A stretch of DNA of 64,000 nucleotides from a virus, in the IMG/VR virus record IMGVR_UViG_3300020048_000015, positions 1-64,000 of that record; one strand, written 5' to 3'. A model generated the notes under the pieces. The model was not told the DNA's origin. It searched no databases and was given only the letters and a program-made list of their open reading frames with translations. Shown piece after piece: positions 9,269 through 19,606 of this stretch. A program made the position numbers and the translations under genes. The first letter of the stretch is position 1. Each line of letters begins with the position of its first letter.

Positions 9269-9613
9269 ATGGAAAAATACAAAAAAGGAACAAAGGTTAT
9301 CCTAAAAAATAACCGTGGATTTGAAAATCAAATGGATAGAAACAAATATAATAACATGGAAGTTACTATGGAATGGGTTCGTTTGAATGATGATGGAACA
9401 CTTGATATATTCTTCATTGAAGAAGATGATGGTCGTTATGAATGGTCATTAGATGATATTGTAATTAATATTAAAAGACAGGTAGAATATTTTCATTGTG
9501 AATTAGAAAGAATTAATGAGGGTTTACAAAATAGAAATATTGATGCAGATTCTGTAATTTCTATAACAGACAATGGAGTTTGGGTATCTGTTTGGTATAG
9601 GGTTAATGTATAG
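9269..9613 (+). CDS. Hypothetical protein followed by an out-of-frame C-terminal tag
   Basis: RRKKLGEILG* is encoded at 9612-9644 in another frame. Confidence 0.65.
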   Translation: MEKYKKGTKVILKNNRGFENQMDRNKYNNMEVTMEWVRLNDDGTLDIFFIEEDDGRYEWSLDDIVINIKRQVEYFHCELERINEGLQNRNIDADSVISITDNGVWVSVWYRVNV

Positions 9614-9640
9614 GAGAAAGAAATTAGGGGAAATATTAGG

Positions 9641-9667
9641 ATAAGCAAAATATTTTGCTTATCTTTG
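9641..9667 (+). promoter_or_regulatory. Hairpin ATAAGCAAAATATTTTGCTTAT overlapping a Bacteroidota-type -7 box TATCTTTG
   Basis: Palindrome at 9641-9662; TATCTTTG at 9660-9667, upstream of 9700. Confidence 0.55.
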
Positions 9668-9699
9668 TTTTTATTTAATTATTAAAATATTGAAAGTAT

Positions 9700-9975
9700 A
9701 TGAAAAAGTATTTAGTAGTATTATCAATTGATGTTGCTGATGAGGGTAATGTTGGGTTAATAACAATTCTAACACAGAAAGAGTTAGATGAAACGAAATC
9801 AATAAATACAGGTTTTGGTAATATTGATGGTAGGTGTATAAAATTTAACAAATCCAATGCTTTAGAAATTACAAATGAAGAAATAAAAGTGTTGAAAAAA
9901 TTTGGATTAACTGATTTAGAGTTTGGTTACTGTTCTTTATCGGAAGATGAAGATTATGAGGATGAAGAAGAATAA
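9700..9975 (+). CDS. Hypothetical protein, acidic tail
   Basis: ORF. Confidence 0.65.
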   Translation: MKKYLVVLSIDVADEGNVGLITILTQKELDETKSINTGFGNIDGRCIKFNKSNALEITNEEIKVLKKFGLTDLEFGYCSLSEDEDYEDEEE

Positions 9976-9985
9976 AAAACTATAT

Positions 9986-10369
9986 ATGGAACGTGTTATT
10001 TATTTACATCAAAAGAACATCAAGCAAGTTTCTTTGGAATGCAGACCGCAAGAAGAATTTGGTTTTGATTATGAAACCTATGATGATTATACTGAGCTTG
10101 GTGATCAGTTAAAAACTGATGTTGGTCTTGTGAACATTGTTGAATTAATTGATAAGTTAAAAGAGATGCAGTTACTTGGTTCTACACATGTTGCTTGTGA
10201 TTTCCATTGTCATCATGTTGAGTTGGACTTATATGGTGTTGAGTATCGTTTGGCTGATGATGTTGAGATTGAGGCATATCACAGTTTAAATAAGGCTAGA
10301 GCAGAGGAAATAAAGCAGTATGAGATTAAAATGTTGGAAGATAAACTTAAAAAACTTAAAGGTGAATGA
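9986..10369 (+). CDS. Hypothetical protein
   Basis: ORF 9923..10369; likely start MERVI at 9986. Confidence 0.65.
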   Translation: MERVIYLHQKNIKQVSLECRPQEEFGFDYETYDDYTELGDQLKTDVGLVNIVELIDKLKEMQLLGSTHVACDFHCHHVELDLYGVEYRLADDVEIEAYHSLNKARAEEIKQYEIKMLEDKLKKLKGE

Positions 10370-10495
10370 GAAAGATAGATGGTATAGTATTACTTATAAT
10401 AATATTTTTAATTACTTGTGAGTTGTTTAATGGTTATGACTGGCAGTATTGGGTAATAGCGATTTTAATGGGTATATATTCAAAAGAAAATAGAA

Positions 10496-10807
10496 ATGGG
10501 ATATAAATTAACCTTTAAATGTCAGATTAACAAGAGGAGTAAAGATAAAAAATGTAGGAGTTATATCATTTACTTTTTGAATGGCATTGAGATATTAAAA
10601 CAAAAGTTACCATTTGATACTGATTATGAGTTGGGTTGGCAGCATCAGACTGGTATAGAAAATGTCTATTTATTTAATGGTAAGATATATCAAAATAGGT
10701 ATAAGGATGATAAATTAAGATTTGTATCATTTCCTATATCAAAGAGTAAATTAAGTGTTCTTGGGTTTCCTAATGATTTTAAATTAGATTTAGAAAATGG
10801 AATTTGA
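10496..10807 (+). CDS. Hypothetical protein
   Basis: ORF. Confidence 0.6.
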   Translation: MGYKLTFKCQINKRSKDKKCRSYIIYFLNGIEILKQKLPFDTDYELGWQHQTGIENVYLFNGKIYQNRYKDDKLRFVSFPISKSKLSVLGFPNDFKLDLENGI

Positions 10808-11147
10808 AGATATGTTCAACTGTAAACCATCTGAACCAATCAGAATGGATAAAGCAGATTTTGTAGAAAAAACAAAATCTTTATTGGAAAGTCTGTACGA
10901 AATTTATTCTAAGGGATGGGTGCGTAGAGTATTAACAACCGATGAATATCAAGGTGAAACTGTTTGTGAGAACTGCAAGGGCTGTGGGGTATTCATTGAA
11001 AATGGGGAAGAGAAGGATTGTTATATAGATTATGAAATGGGCGATTGTTATCATCGGTTTTGTGATTATGAGCAGGTCGGGATGGACTTGGAATTAAAGT
11101 TGGATAATATTATTGATTTATTAGTAGTTAACGAAGTGATATGTTAA
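10797..11147 (+). CDS. Hypothetical protein with Cys motifs (possible Zn finger)
   Basis: CENCKGC...CYH..C. Confidence 0.6.
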   Translation: MEFEDMFNCKPSEPIRMDKADFVEKTKSLLESLYEIYSKGWVRRVLTTDEYQGETVCENCKGCGVFIENGEEKDCYIDYEMGDCYHRFCDYEQVGMDLELKLDNIIDLLVVNEVIC

Positions 11148-11896
11148 GAAATTTTCTAAGAAATATTAGAATCAATATGATTTGTAGGAAATATAATATA
11201 AGAAATTATGTTATAAATAAAGATGGTTCTATTGATGTATATGGTGGTGTTGATTTATCAAATAGAAATTTAGATAGACTGCCATTAAAATTCAATAAGG
11301 TTAGTAACTATTTTTATTGCAAGAATAATAACTTAACAACTTTAGAAGGTTGTCCTATTTGGGTTGGTAATAGTTTTAATTGCTATGATAATAAACTTGT
11401 TAATTTAACAGGTTGTCCAAGTTATGTAGGTGATGATTTTTGTTGTTCTAATAATTACTTAACCAATTTAATAGGAAGTCCAAAAAAAGTTGGTTTGAGT
11501 TTTTTTTGTTATAGTAATAAATTAACCAGCTTAGAAGGCGCACCTAATTATGTAGGTTGTCATTTTTATTGTTTTGATAATCAATTAAGTAATTTAATTG
11601 GTTCACCTAATTATGTAGGTTTTGAATTTGATTGTTCAAGTAATAATTTAACCAGTTTAGAAGGCTGTCCTAAAGAAATAGGTGATTTTAGTTATTATAA
11701 TAATTTAATAAGGGGAATAATAGGTTTATTTAATAACATTAAAATATATTTAGATTATCAAGAAACATATAATTTCCTTAGAAAAGATTCTAAAATTGTT
11801 AAGCATAGATTAGATGAAGCCATAAAAGATTATAATGAATATTATGATGATTGTGTTGAATTACCAGAAAAAATATATGGGTATGTTTATATTTAG
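11141..11896 (+). CDS. LRR-like protein, type B tail (6 repeats), N-terminal FLRNIRINMI
   Basis: Same head and repeats; tail YLDYQETYNFLRKDSKIVKH...LPEKIYGYVYI. Confidence 0.9.
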   Translation: MLRNFLRNIRINMICRKYNIRNYVINKDGSIDVYGGVDLSNRNLDRLPLKFNKVSNYFYCKNNNLTTLEGCPIWVGNSFNCYDNKLVNLTGCPSYVGDDFCCSNNYLTNLIGSPKKVGLSFFCYSNKLTSLEGAPNYVGCHFYCFDNQLSNLIGSPNYVGFEFDCSSNNLTSLEGCPKEIGDFSYYNNLIRGIIGLFNNIKIYLDYQETYNFLRKDSKIVKHRLDEAIKDYNEYYDDCVELPEKIYGYVYI

Positions 11897-12593
11897 ATAT
11901 GTAATTAATTTTCTAAGAAATATAAGAATAAATAGGATTTGTAGAAAATATGGTATAACTAATTATACAATAAATCCTGATGGTTCAATTGATGTAGATA
12001 ACAATGTTTCTATATCATATAGAAAATTATATAGATTACCATTAAAATTCAATAAGATTAGTGGTTGGTTTGATTGTTCTTATAACAAATTAACAAATTT
12101 AGATGGTTTCCCTAATTATGTTGGTGATTGGTGTGATTGTACCCATAATGAATTGACAAGTTTAGAGGGTGCGCCTAAAGAAATTGGTGGAAATTTTAGA
12201 TGTTATCTTAACAATTTAACAGATTTAAAAGGTTGTCCAAAAGTTATTAATGGATATTTTGATTGTTCTAATAATAAATTAACAAGTTTAGTAGGATGTC
12301 CGAATTATCTTGATGGTGGTTTTTCTTGTGGTGATAATAATTTAACAAGTTTAGAAGGGTGTCCAAGTGATGTTGGTGGTGTTTTTTTACATTCTTATAA
12401 TCCAATTTCACCAATAATAGATTTATTTGATGATATTAAAATATATTTAGAATATCAAGAAACATATAATTTCCTTAGAAAAGATTCTAAAATTGTTAAA
12501 CATCTTTTAGATGAAGCTTTAAGAGATTATAATGAATATTATAATAAAAATATAAGATTACCAAAATCATTTTATCGTTATGTTTATATTTAA
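11883..12593 (+). CDS. LRR-like protein, type B (5 repeats), N-terminal FLRNIRINRI
   Basis: ORF 11835..12593; likely start 11883; type B tail. Confidence 0.9.
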   Translation: MFIFRYVINFLRNIRINRICRKYGITNYTINPDGSIDVDNNVSISYRKLYRLPLKFNKISGWFDCSYNKLTNLDGFPNYVGDWCDCTHNELTSLEGAPKEIGGNFRCYLNNLTDLKGCPKVINGYFDCSNNKLTSLVGCPNYLDGGFSCGDNNLTSLEGCPSDVGGVFLHSYNPISPIIDLFDDIKIYLEYQETYNFLRKDSKIVKHLLDEALRDYNEYYNKNIRLPKSFYRYVYI

Positions 12594-12628
12594 AAAAATC
12601 TAATAAAATTATTTTATTAGATTTTTTT
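12592..12628. terminator. Bidirectional terminator-like inverted repeat between convergent genes
   Basis: 18-bp perfect arms with A/T tails. Confidence 0.7.
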
Positions 12629-12634
12629 CTATTT

Positions 12635-13363
12635 TTAAACAAAAGTTTTTAGTAATTCTAAGGCTTCTTCTCTATTTAAATCTTTTCCATATTTTTTATA
12701 AAAATTCTTAATAACAGTTCCTATTTCTTTTTCAGGAACACCTAAATCTTTTAGATCATTTCCTGTTATAATAGGTTCTTTTTTATAAGATTTAGGTAAT
12801 AGATTATTAAAGAATGTTTCTATATATTTAATAAAACCTGGATTATTTAGGGCTTCATTCCAATCTTTTATAATTTCATCATTTATAAAATTAAGTACTT
12901 TTTCTTTTAAATCATCATTATCTATTTCACGATTACCCTTTAATATATCATTTAATTTTCTAAAGTGTAGATTATTAGGTAGTGCATTTTTAAGATTACC
13001 CATATCGGTCAAACAAGGTATATAAATACTTACCCCAACAGACCAATCATTTATATGCATTCTTATTTGTGGATATTTATCAAGTCCAAGTCCTATATTT
13101 TTGAATGGATACCAAGATAAAGTATTATCAGGTTTTAAGATTTCGTTAAGACTTTTTAGTTTTTTTAATTTAAATCTATTAATAAATTCATTTGTTAACT
13201 TTGATACAACTTCTACTTTTTCTTTAGTTGTATATTTACTAACCAACCCAGTTACAATAGTTTTGAATAGATCAGTATTATTATTTAATAATAAATCTAT
13301 TATATTTTCTATTTCATCAATTTTTGATTCATTAAATAATTGATAATTTATTATATATTTCAT
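12635..13363 (-). CDS. N-tagged hypothetical protein; C-terminus resembles the tail of CCA-adding enzymes
   Basis: MKYIINYQLFNES; PIITGNDLKDLGVPEKEIG. Confidence 0.65.
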   Translation of the reverse strand: MKYIINYQLFNESKIDEIENIIDLLLNNNTDLFKTIVTGLVSKYTTKEKVEVVSKLTNEFINRFKLKKLKSLNEILKPDNTLSWYPFKNIGLGLDKYPQIRMHINDWSVGVSIYIPCLTDMGNLKNALPNNLHFRKLNDILKGNREIDNDDLKEKVLNFINDEIIKDWNEALNNPGFIKYIETFFNNLLPKSYKKEPIITGNDLKDLGVPEKEIGTVIKNFYKKYGKDLNREEALELLKTFV

Positions 13364-13364
13364 A

Positions 13365-13814
13365 TTATTCTTCTAATTTTTTTCTTTTTAAGATATAATG
13401 ATAACAAATATGGAAACCTATCAGATTAAGGAATATATAACCAAATATATTATATATGAATATAAAACCATAATAGTAACCAAAGATAAAAGATGATATG
13501 ACAGATAAATAAATACCCATTACATGAATGAAATTAGCGAAATGCCATATATCTGTTGTAAACACAAATATAGTTTGGAATAGATATTTAATATATTTAT
13601 TCTTATAATTATGTTTTCTAACCCAAGTATCATCTTTACAACCATAAAAACTATCTATTGGATATTTATTGAATATAGATTTTTTCCAATGTGGTTCATC
13701 AGAAACAATATCCGCAATTGCTTTACCTAAGAATACAAATATTACGGAAATATAGAATAATATTATTGCTACTATCATAATAAAAAATTTTTTAATTTTG
13801 GTTATAAGTATCAA
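13365..13814 (-). CDS. Membrane protein
   Basis: Hydrophobic segments; FTTDIWHFA motif. Confidence 0.7.
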   Translation of the reverse strand: MILITKIKKFFIMIVAIILFYISVIFVFLGKAIADIVSDEPHWKKSIFNKYPIDSFYGCKDDTWVRKHNYKNKYIKYLFQTIFVFTTDIWHFANFIHVMGIYLSVISSFIFGYYYGFIFIYNIFGYIFLNLIGFHICYHYILKRKKLEE

Positions 13815-14217
13815 TTGAATAATTGAATAATTCTTTATATATCTTTGGTGTTGATTTTTTATCCAGATCTAAAATTCTTGCACTTATTGTTTTCCTTTTA
13901 TTCTTTATCGCTTTATACAATCGATGATTACCATCTAATATAGATTTATATCTACCATTAACCTTTACTATTATAATTGGATATTTTAGATCGGCACTTT
14001 CAATACGCTCTTCTCTATTATTATAATCAGCATCAATAAGTATATCGGATATATCAGAAACTTTAATTCTTTTTGATTCAACTTCTGTTTTATCTAAGTG
14101 TTTAATAACTTGTGTTATTGTTACTTTCCGACCATCTGATTCCCACGATGTTTTCTTCCACGATTCTTTCTTACCTTCTTGAAGAGAGAAATCTTTAAAT
14201 CTTATAATGTTGTTCAT
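13792..14217 (-). CDS. ParB/Srx-like domain protein (N-tag-like start)
   Basis: ADLKYPIII...ILDGNHRLYKA. Confidence 0.75.
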   Translation of the reverse strand: MNNIIRFKDFSLQEGKKESWKKTSWESDGRKVTITQVIKHLDKTEVESKRIKVSDISDILIDADYNNREERIESADLKYPIIIVKVNGRYKSILDGNHRLYKAIKNKRKTISARILDLDKKSTPKIYKELFNYSIDTYNQN

Positions 14218-14223
14218 ATATTA

Positions 14224-14424
14224 TTACCATAATTTAATTAATTTACCTAATCCAAAACCGATTAGACCACCACCAACTATTGTTATAATAAGTGCTAAAG
14301 TAAAAGGTAGATTACAAACTTTCCAAAGATTGAATAGAATACCTACACTAAATGCCATCATTAATAGGATTGGAACTATTTTTGTCCAAATAAATGCCAA
14401 TATTCTTAAAATATTATCTTTCAT
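14224..14424 (-). CDS. Small two-TM membrane protein
   Basis: Two hydrophobic helices; TTTAATATATA upstream on the minus strand. Confidence 0.6.
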   Translation of the reverse strand: MKDNILRILAFIWTKIVPILLMMAFSVGILFNLWKVCNLPFTLALIITIVGGGLIGFGLGKLIKLW

Positions 14425-14465
14425 ATTAAACTTAATTATTTTTCTTTATATATTAAATACTTTAT

Positions 14466-14648
14466 ATGACAATTAAATTTCTTAATAAGAATATGTTTAG
14501 ATATATAAATAGGATCTTAACCAAACTACCACTTAAATCCAATAAAGTTTATGGTCATTTTTATTGTTTTGGTAATAATTTAAATACTTTAATAGGTTGC
14601 CCGAATGAAGTTATTCATTTAAAAAATTATTATTTTTTAAATGAATGA
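14466..14648 (+). pseudogene. Multiply deleted LRR-family remnant
   Basis: Stitched pieces FRY-INRI / LTKLPLKSNKV / FYCFGNNL / TLIGCP; the 5' part mirrors the 11883 start. Confidence 0.65.
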
Positions 14649-14711
14649 ACTTTTTTTAAAGTTACATTGTTGATTAGTTAGTAAAGCTATTTTAAAATTA
14701 AAAACATATAT

Positions 14712-15113
14712 ATGGAAAAGGTTAAACAAGAAATGAAATTTACAGTAAGTGATTTATTTATAGATTGTTATAAACTAATTAATGTCATTAACATAAATGA
14801 TAAAATTAGTTTATTGAGTAAAAGGGAATTATTATTGCTACTTATATTAGTAAGTGATACACATGACACAGAAAATAATATAGTATTTGATAATGTCAAA
14901 AATTATGAACTTGAACTAAAAACAGTATTGGAACTTTGGGATAGTAATAGTACAACTGACACCGATCTAATCTATCTTAGTGAAGTAACTGGTGATGCAT
15001 CAATTGATGTTTCAGTTCTTGTTGATAAAAATGATGGTATTCTACCAAAACCTTTAAGTGCAACAGAAGCACTTGTTTTAAGTAGAGAGATAAAAATTAA
15101 TGGTTTAATTTAA
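14712..15113 (+). CDS. Hypothetical protein with C-terminal tag
   Basis: Ends REIKINGLI. Confidence 0.7.
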   Translation: MEKVKQEMKFTVSDLFIDCYKLINVININDKISLLSKRELLLLLILVSDTHDTENNIVFDNVKNYELELKTVLELWDSNSTTDTDLIYLSEVTGDASIDVSVLVDKNDGILPKPLSATEALVLSREIKINGLI

Positions 15114-15127
15114 AAAATTCTAAAAAT

Positions 15128-16291
15128 ATGGAAATGTTAGAAATGAATAAAGATAATTGTAAATCTAAAGGTAATTACAAACCAGTTGATAAATTGGTCG
15201 AATTTATTTATGCAAAAGGTAATATAAACTTTATTACCAATATTGGATATATTGATGCAGGACAATTAACCGGTTTGGGTTTAGATGGTGTTAAACTAAA
15301 ACTAACTATATTTGATGATGGCACAGCTAACTTTGATGAAGTAATTGAAAATGGTGTTGAAAAAACTACATTCGAACAAAGAAGTAGACTATTGGAAACA
15401 TTTTCTGAAAAAACTATATCAAGTTTCAGAAATAGAATGGTCATAAATGAATTAGATTTCATTTCTGATGAAATTGATGGTAAAACTATGCCATTATATC
15501 TTGCTGTTGATTATGTTAAACCAATTGATAAATTAGCAGGACTATTTGATGATGATTCTTTAGAAATAAATGATGAACAATCTAATAAAATTGATATGTT
15601 GTTGTCATTATTTGATGATGATGATGTTGAAGATGAAACATTGGAAAACATTGAAGTTGAAGATGAAAAAGTTATTGATGTTGAACAAGTAGTTGAATCT
15701 AAATCTTATCTTGAAGATCAGTTTATTAAAATGAAACAGGATAAGATTGATGAATTATCTAAGCAATTAGATAATAAAAATAAAGATGTAGCAAAGTTTC
15801 AGCTTGAACTAAAATCTTGTGAGAAAAAGATTAATGATGCTAATGATGATATTAAACTATTGGAAGATAGATTGGATTCACTAAAACCAGATGTTGAATT
15901 TAATGGTTATTACTTTTTTGTTTCCGAAAGAACCAATGAAAAAATTGAACTACCACAAGATATTTATGACCTAATCAATAATAAAGTTTCTAAAGTAAAA
16001 GGAATTAATTCCGATGCTTTTATGAAATTATTTGAAAATGGTGAATATGTAATTAAAATTGGTGTTGATGCTATTGAAGAATATAAAGACTATACAAATC
16101 TAAGTGATGAAGTTGCTAAATCTTTAAAATCAATTGGTATTAAGTTGGATGACAATGAAAATCTTGTATATATTGGTGATATGGTTTGGGGAGAAATTGT
16201 AAACAAAATGATTAAAAAAGGATTCAAACAAAATCCTGAATTTGATAAAAATTGCGGATCAAATTCTTATAAACTAAAAGGCGAACAATAA
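15128..16291 (+). CDS. Acidic coiled-coil hypothetical protein
   Basis: 387-aa ORF with a central heptad-rich segment. Confidence 0.75.
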   Translation: MEMLEMNKDNCKSKGNYKPVDKLVEFIYAKGNINFITNIGYIDAGQLTGLGLDGVKLKLTIFDDGTANFDEVIENGVEKTTFEQRSRLLETFSEKTISSFRNRMVINELDFISDEIDGKTMPLYLAVDYVKPIDKLAGLFDDDSLEINDEQSNKIDMLLSLFDDDDVEDETLENIEVEDEKVIDVEQVVESKSYLEDQFIKMKQDKIDELSKQLDNKNKDVAKFQLELKSCEKKINDANDDIKLLEDRLDSLKPDVEFNGYYFFVSERTNEKIELPQDIYDLINNKVSKVKGINSDAFMKLFENGEYVIKIGVDAIEEYKDYTNLSDEVAKSLKSIGIKLDDNENLVYIGDMVWGEIVNKMIKKGFKQNPEFDKNCGSNSYKLKGEQ

Positions 16292-16310
16292 ACTAAAAAA
16301 TAAATATAAA

Positions 16311-17015
16311 ATGGAATTGGAACATTATAATGATTTTAAGAAATTTACTAATACAGAAGTAAAAGGTTTAACCCCATATATTCTTGAAGAAAGAGAAATG
16401 CGGGCTACACAAATGGATGTCTTCTCAAGACTTCTAAGAGATAGAATTATATGGGCTTCCGGTCCAGTAAATCAACATATGTCTGATATAATTCAAGCAC
16501 AGCTATTATATCTAGATTCAGTTGAAAAAAAGGACATAACACTTTATATCAATTCACCAGGTGGATCGGTGTTATGTGGTCTTGGAATAGTTGATGTAAT
16601 GAATTATATAAAATCTGATGTAGCAACTATCAATATTGGTATGTGTGCTTCAATGGGATCAGTATTGCTTTCATCAGGAACAAAAGGCAAAAGAGCATCT
16701 TTGGTGTTTTCTAAAGTAATGACACATATGGTATCAAGTCAATATGGTGGTAATATACAAGATACAACAATATCACATTTAGAATCACATAAATATAATT
16801 TTATGTTATTTAAAATGTTGGCTAAAAATTGTGGTAAAACATTCCAAGAAATGTTAGAATCATCAAGGAGAGATAAATGGTTTAATTCTAAAGAAGCACT
16901 TGATTTCGGATTGATTGATGAAGTTATTCTAACAGATAAAACAACACCGATTAATGATTTGATGATTGGATTTGAAGATTATTATAAGAGTGAAGTTATA
17001 AATACACCAATATAA
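16311..17015 (+). CDS. clpP: ATP-dependent Clp protease proteolytic subunit
   Basis: DVFSRLLRDRII, YINSPGGSV, GMCASMGS (catalytic Ser), VMTH. Confidence 0.95.
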   Translation: MELEHYNDFKKFTNTEVKGLTPYILEEREMRATQMDVFSRLLRDRIIWASGPVNQHMSDIIQAQLLYLDSVEKKDITLYINSPGGSVLCGLGIVDVMNYIKSDVATINIGMCASMGSVLLSSGTKGKRASLVFSKVMTHMVSSQYGGNIQDTTISHLESHKYNFMLFKMLAKNCGKTFQEMLESSRRDKWFNSKEALDFGLIDEVILTDKTTPINDLMIGFEDYYKSEVINTPI

Positions 17016-17069
17016 TCATTAGCATTTTATGTGCTGTATGGAATTATACTTTAATTTTATTAAGAAAAG

Positions 17070-17597
17070 ATGGATGTAATTAATGAAATAGATTTATATG
17101 AAGGCACAAACTTCAAGTATAGTCATAAATATTGTCATTTTACAAGATTAAATGATTTATATAAAGTAGGATCAAAACAAAACCAAAATAGTATAGATGC
17201 TATTTTTTCAGATGCAGTATTGAACAATGAAAAAAATTGGTACTGCATTCATTCGACACATAAATTAAATTACCCAGATAATTTCTATGATTTTTATAAT
17301 AAAATTAATAATATTGATGCTATAAGTATTCACAATTATTATTGTGAATACTTAATAACTGATGATAAACTATTAGAAAAAATAAAAACAATTGATGGTA
17401 TATTCACTTTAAATTTATATGAAACAAATAGTAATTTTTATAATCTAAATAAAACAAAAGCAATTGTTTATAAAATAGATAATAACATATTAGTTTTGAA
17501 GATAAATGAGTTTTTAGAATATAATAAAAATCATATAAGTTATATTTCTCTAATTAGAGAACTTAAATTAAAAAAACTATTCCAAGATGGAGAATAA
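17070..17597 (+). CDS. Hypothetical protein with C-terminal tag
   Basis: Ends SLIRELKLKKLF. Confidence 0.7.
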   Translation: MDVINEIDLYEGTNFKYSHKYCHFTRLNDLYKVGSKQNQNSIDAIFSDAVLNNEKNWYCIHSTHKLNYPDNFYDFYNKINNIDAISIHNYYCEYLITDDKLLEKIKTIDGIFTLNLYETNSNFYNLNKTKAIVYKIDNNILVLKINEFLEYNKNHISYISLIRELKLKKLFQDGE

Positions 17598-18867
17598 AAT
17601 AAAAGTTATAGAGTTATTTGCCGGTGTTGGTGGATTTAGAATAGGATTAGAAGGTTGGAATAATAAATCAGCATCATCAAATTACAAAGAAAAATTTGAA
17701 AGCCCATATAAAATAATATGGAGTAATCAATATGAACCATCAACCAAATTGCAACATGCTTCAATAGTTTATGAAAATAGTTTTGGAAAAGATGGACATC
17801 TTAATCAAGATATTTCTACTGTTGAAATTTCACAAATTCCAGACCACGATTTATTAGTAGGTGGCTTTCCTTGTCAAGATTATTCTGTTGCAACAACACT
17901 TAAAAATTCAAAAGGATTATTAGGGAAAAAAGGAGTTTTATGGTGGTCAATACATAAAATATTAAGTGAAAAAGAAAATAAAACAAAATATCTTTTTCTT
18001 GAAAATGTTGATAGACTATTAATCTCCCCATCTAAACAAAAAGGAAGAGACTTTTCAATTATATTGAAAAGTCTTAATGATTTAGGTTATGTCGTTGAAT
18101 GGAGAGTAGTAAATGCTTCTGAATATGGAATGCCACAAAGAAGAAAAAGAATTTTCATTTTGGCTTATTTGAAAGATACTACAATTTATAATCAAATAAA
18201 AGAAAAAAAAGATTGGCTATTAACAGATGGAACATTAGCAAATGCTTTTCCTATTAAATCTGAAAATATTTCAGATGCAACTGAATTTATATTAAAAGGT
18301 GATATAGTTGAAATTTCTGAAAACTTTAATAAAAATGGTAAAAAAGGAATGTTTGAAAATACAGGAATTATGGTTGATGGTGTTGTAACAACAATAAAAA
18401 CCAATCCAGATTATAAAGGAATGTATACTACATTAAAAGATATAATACAAAATGGTGATGTAGCTGATGAATTTTATATAAAAGGTGAAGAATTAAATAA
18501 ATGGATATACCTAAAAGGTCCTAAAAAAGAAATGCGAAAAAATGCACAAGGCTTTGAATATAATTATAGCGAAGGTGGTATGATTTTTCCAGATTCATTA
18601 GACAAACCTTCAAGAACAATTATAACAGGAGAAGGTGGAAAATCAGCATCAAGATTTAAACATGTTATAAAAGTTGACAAAGGTCATCGTAGATTATTAC
18701 CGATTGAATTGGAAAGATTAAATATGTTTCCTGATGAACACACAAAATTTGAAGGCTTTTCTGATACAAAACGAGCTTTTTTTATGGGAAATGCTTTAGT
18801 TGTTGGAGTAATTGAAAGGATTGGAATTGCACTTAATCAAAAAATTAATATGATTCCTCAGTCTTAA
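17587..18867 (+). CDS. DNA (cytosine-5)-methyltransferase, M.Sau3AI-like
   Basis: ELFAGVGGF, GGFPCQDYSVA, ENVDRLL.SP..Q.GRDF, QRRKRIF; family resemblance recalled from memory. Confidence 0.9.
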   Translation: MENKIKVIELFAGVGGFRIGLEGWNNKSASSNYKEKFESPYKIIWSNQYEPSTKLQHASIVYENSFGKDGHLNQDISTVEISQIPDHDLLVGGFPCQDYSVATTLKNSKGLLGKKGVLWWSIHKILSEKENKTKYLFLENVDRLLISPSKQKGRDFSIILKSLNDLGYVVEWRVVNASEYGMPQRRKRIFILAYLKDTTIYNQIKEKKDWLLTDGTLANAFPIKSENISDATEFILKGDIVEISENFNKNGKKGMFENTGIMVDGVVTTIKTNPDYKGMYTTLKDIIQNGDVADEFYIKGEELNKWIYLKGPKKEMRKNAQGFEYNYSEGGMIFPDSLDKPSRTIITGEGGKSASRFKHVIKVDKGHRRLLPIELERLNMFPDEHTKFEGFSDTKRAFFMGNALVVGVIERIGIALNQKINMIPQS

Positions 18868-18943
18868 TAAAAAAATTTTTAGAAAATTAAAAAAACAGTT
18901 TAAATAATTAATATATAATAAAAACATCAAAATAAATAACACT

Positions 18944-19606
18944 ATGGTTTTTACACAATTGATAAGAAAGAACATCAATAAAATTGATTATGATTTAAAG
19001 CAATTATTTGAAACAGTTAAAATTTCGGATAGAGCTTATGGAAATCAATTTTATTATGAAATAAAATCAAATTCCACTTTCTATAATCTAAGTAACTGCT
19101 TTGAATACAAAAAAGCAGAAGCTAAGGTGAAAATTCTTAAACAAGATTTGACACCGGATTTAATTACATGGTCTTATTCTACAAATCCAATAGATGAATC
19201 TGCTGATTGGATTGAAAGAACTTCACACATTGATAATATAGCTTTAGATATTTATAATATCGTTGCTAAAAAGATGATGGTTAAAGAATATTTTGGTACA
19301 TTAGAACCATTTTATAATTCTATAAATGAATCTAATCAATCAGTTGAAAAAGCCGAAACCATTGAAGATACTTTATCTAATATTGTAAAAGATTTAGGAA
19401 TTGGTGTTCAGAGTGTTGAAAAAACTATATTAGAACAGATTGAGATGTTTTCTGCTCCTGATCAAGTTATAAGAATACATACAAATAAATATATATCTTT
19501 ATCTGATATGTTTAGATTAGAAACTGTACTAAACAATAAACCTGGTGTAAACTTTACACTTATAAGAGAAAAATATATTGATGTTAACGTATCACCAAAT
19601 TATTAA
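18944..19606 (+). CDS. Hypothetical protein (late-motif upstream)
   Basis: ORF; TTAATATATA upstream. Confidence 0.7.
   Translation: MVFTQLIRKNINKIDYDLKQLFETVKISDRAYGNQFYYEIKSNSTFYNLSNCFEYKKAEAKVKILKQDLTPDLITWSYSTNPIDESADWIERTSHIDNIALDIYNIVAKKMMVKEYFGTLEPFYNSINESNQSVEKAETIEDTLSNIVKDLGIGVQSVEKTILEQIEMFSAPDQVIRIHTNKYISLSDMFRLETVLNNKPGVNFTLIREKYIDVNVSPNY

Noticed and set aside
12635-12760. CCA-adding enzyme
   Set aside because: Only a short C-terminal resemblance; no catalytic head (GGxVRD, DxD, RRD) is present
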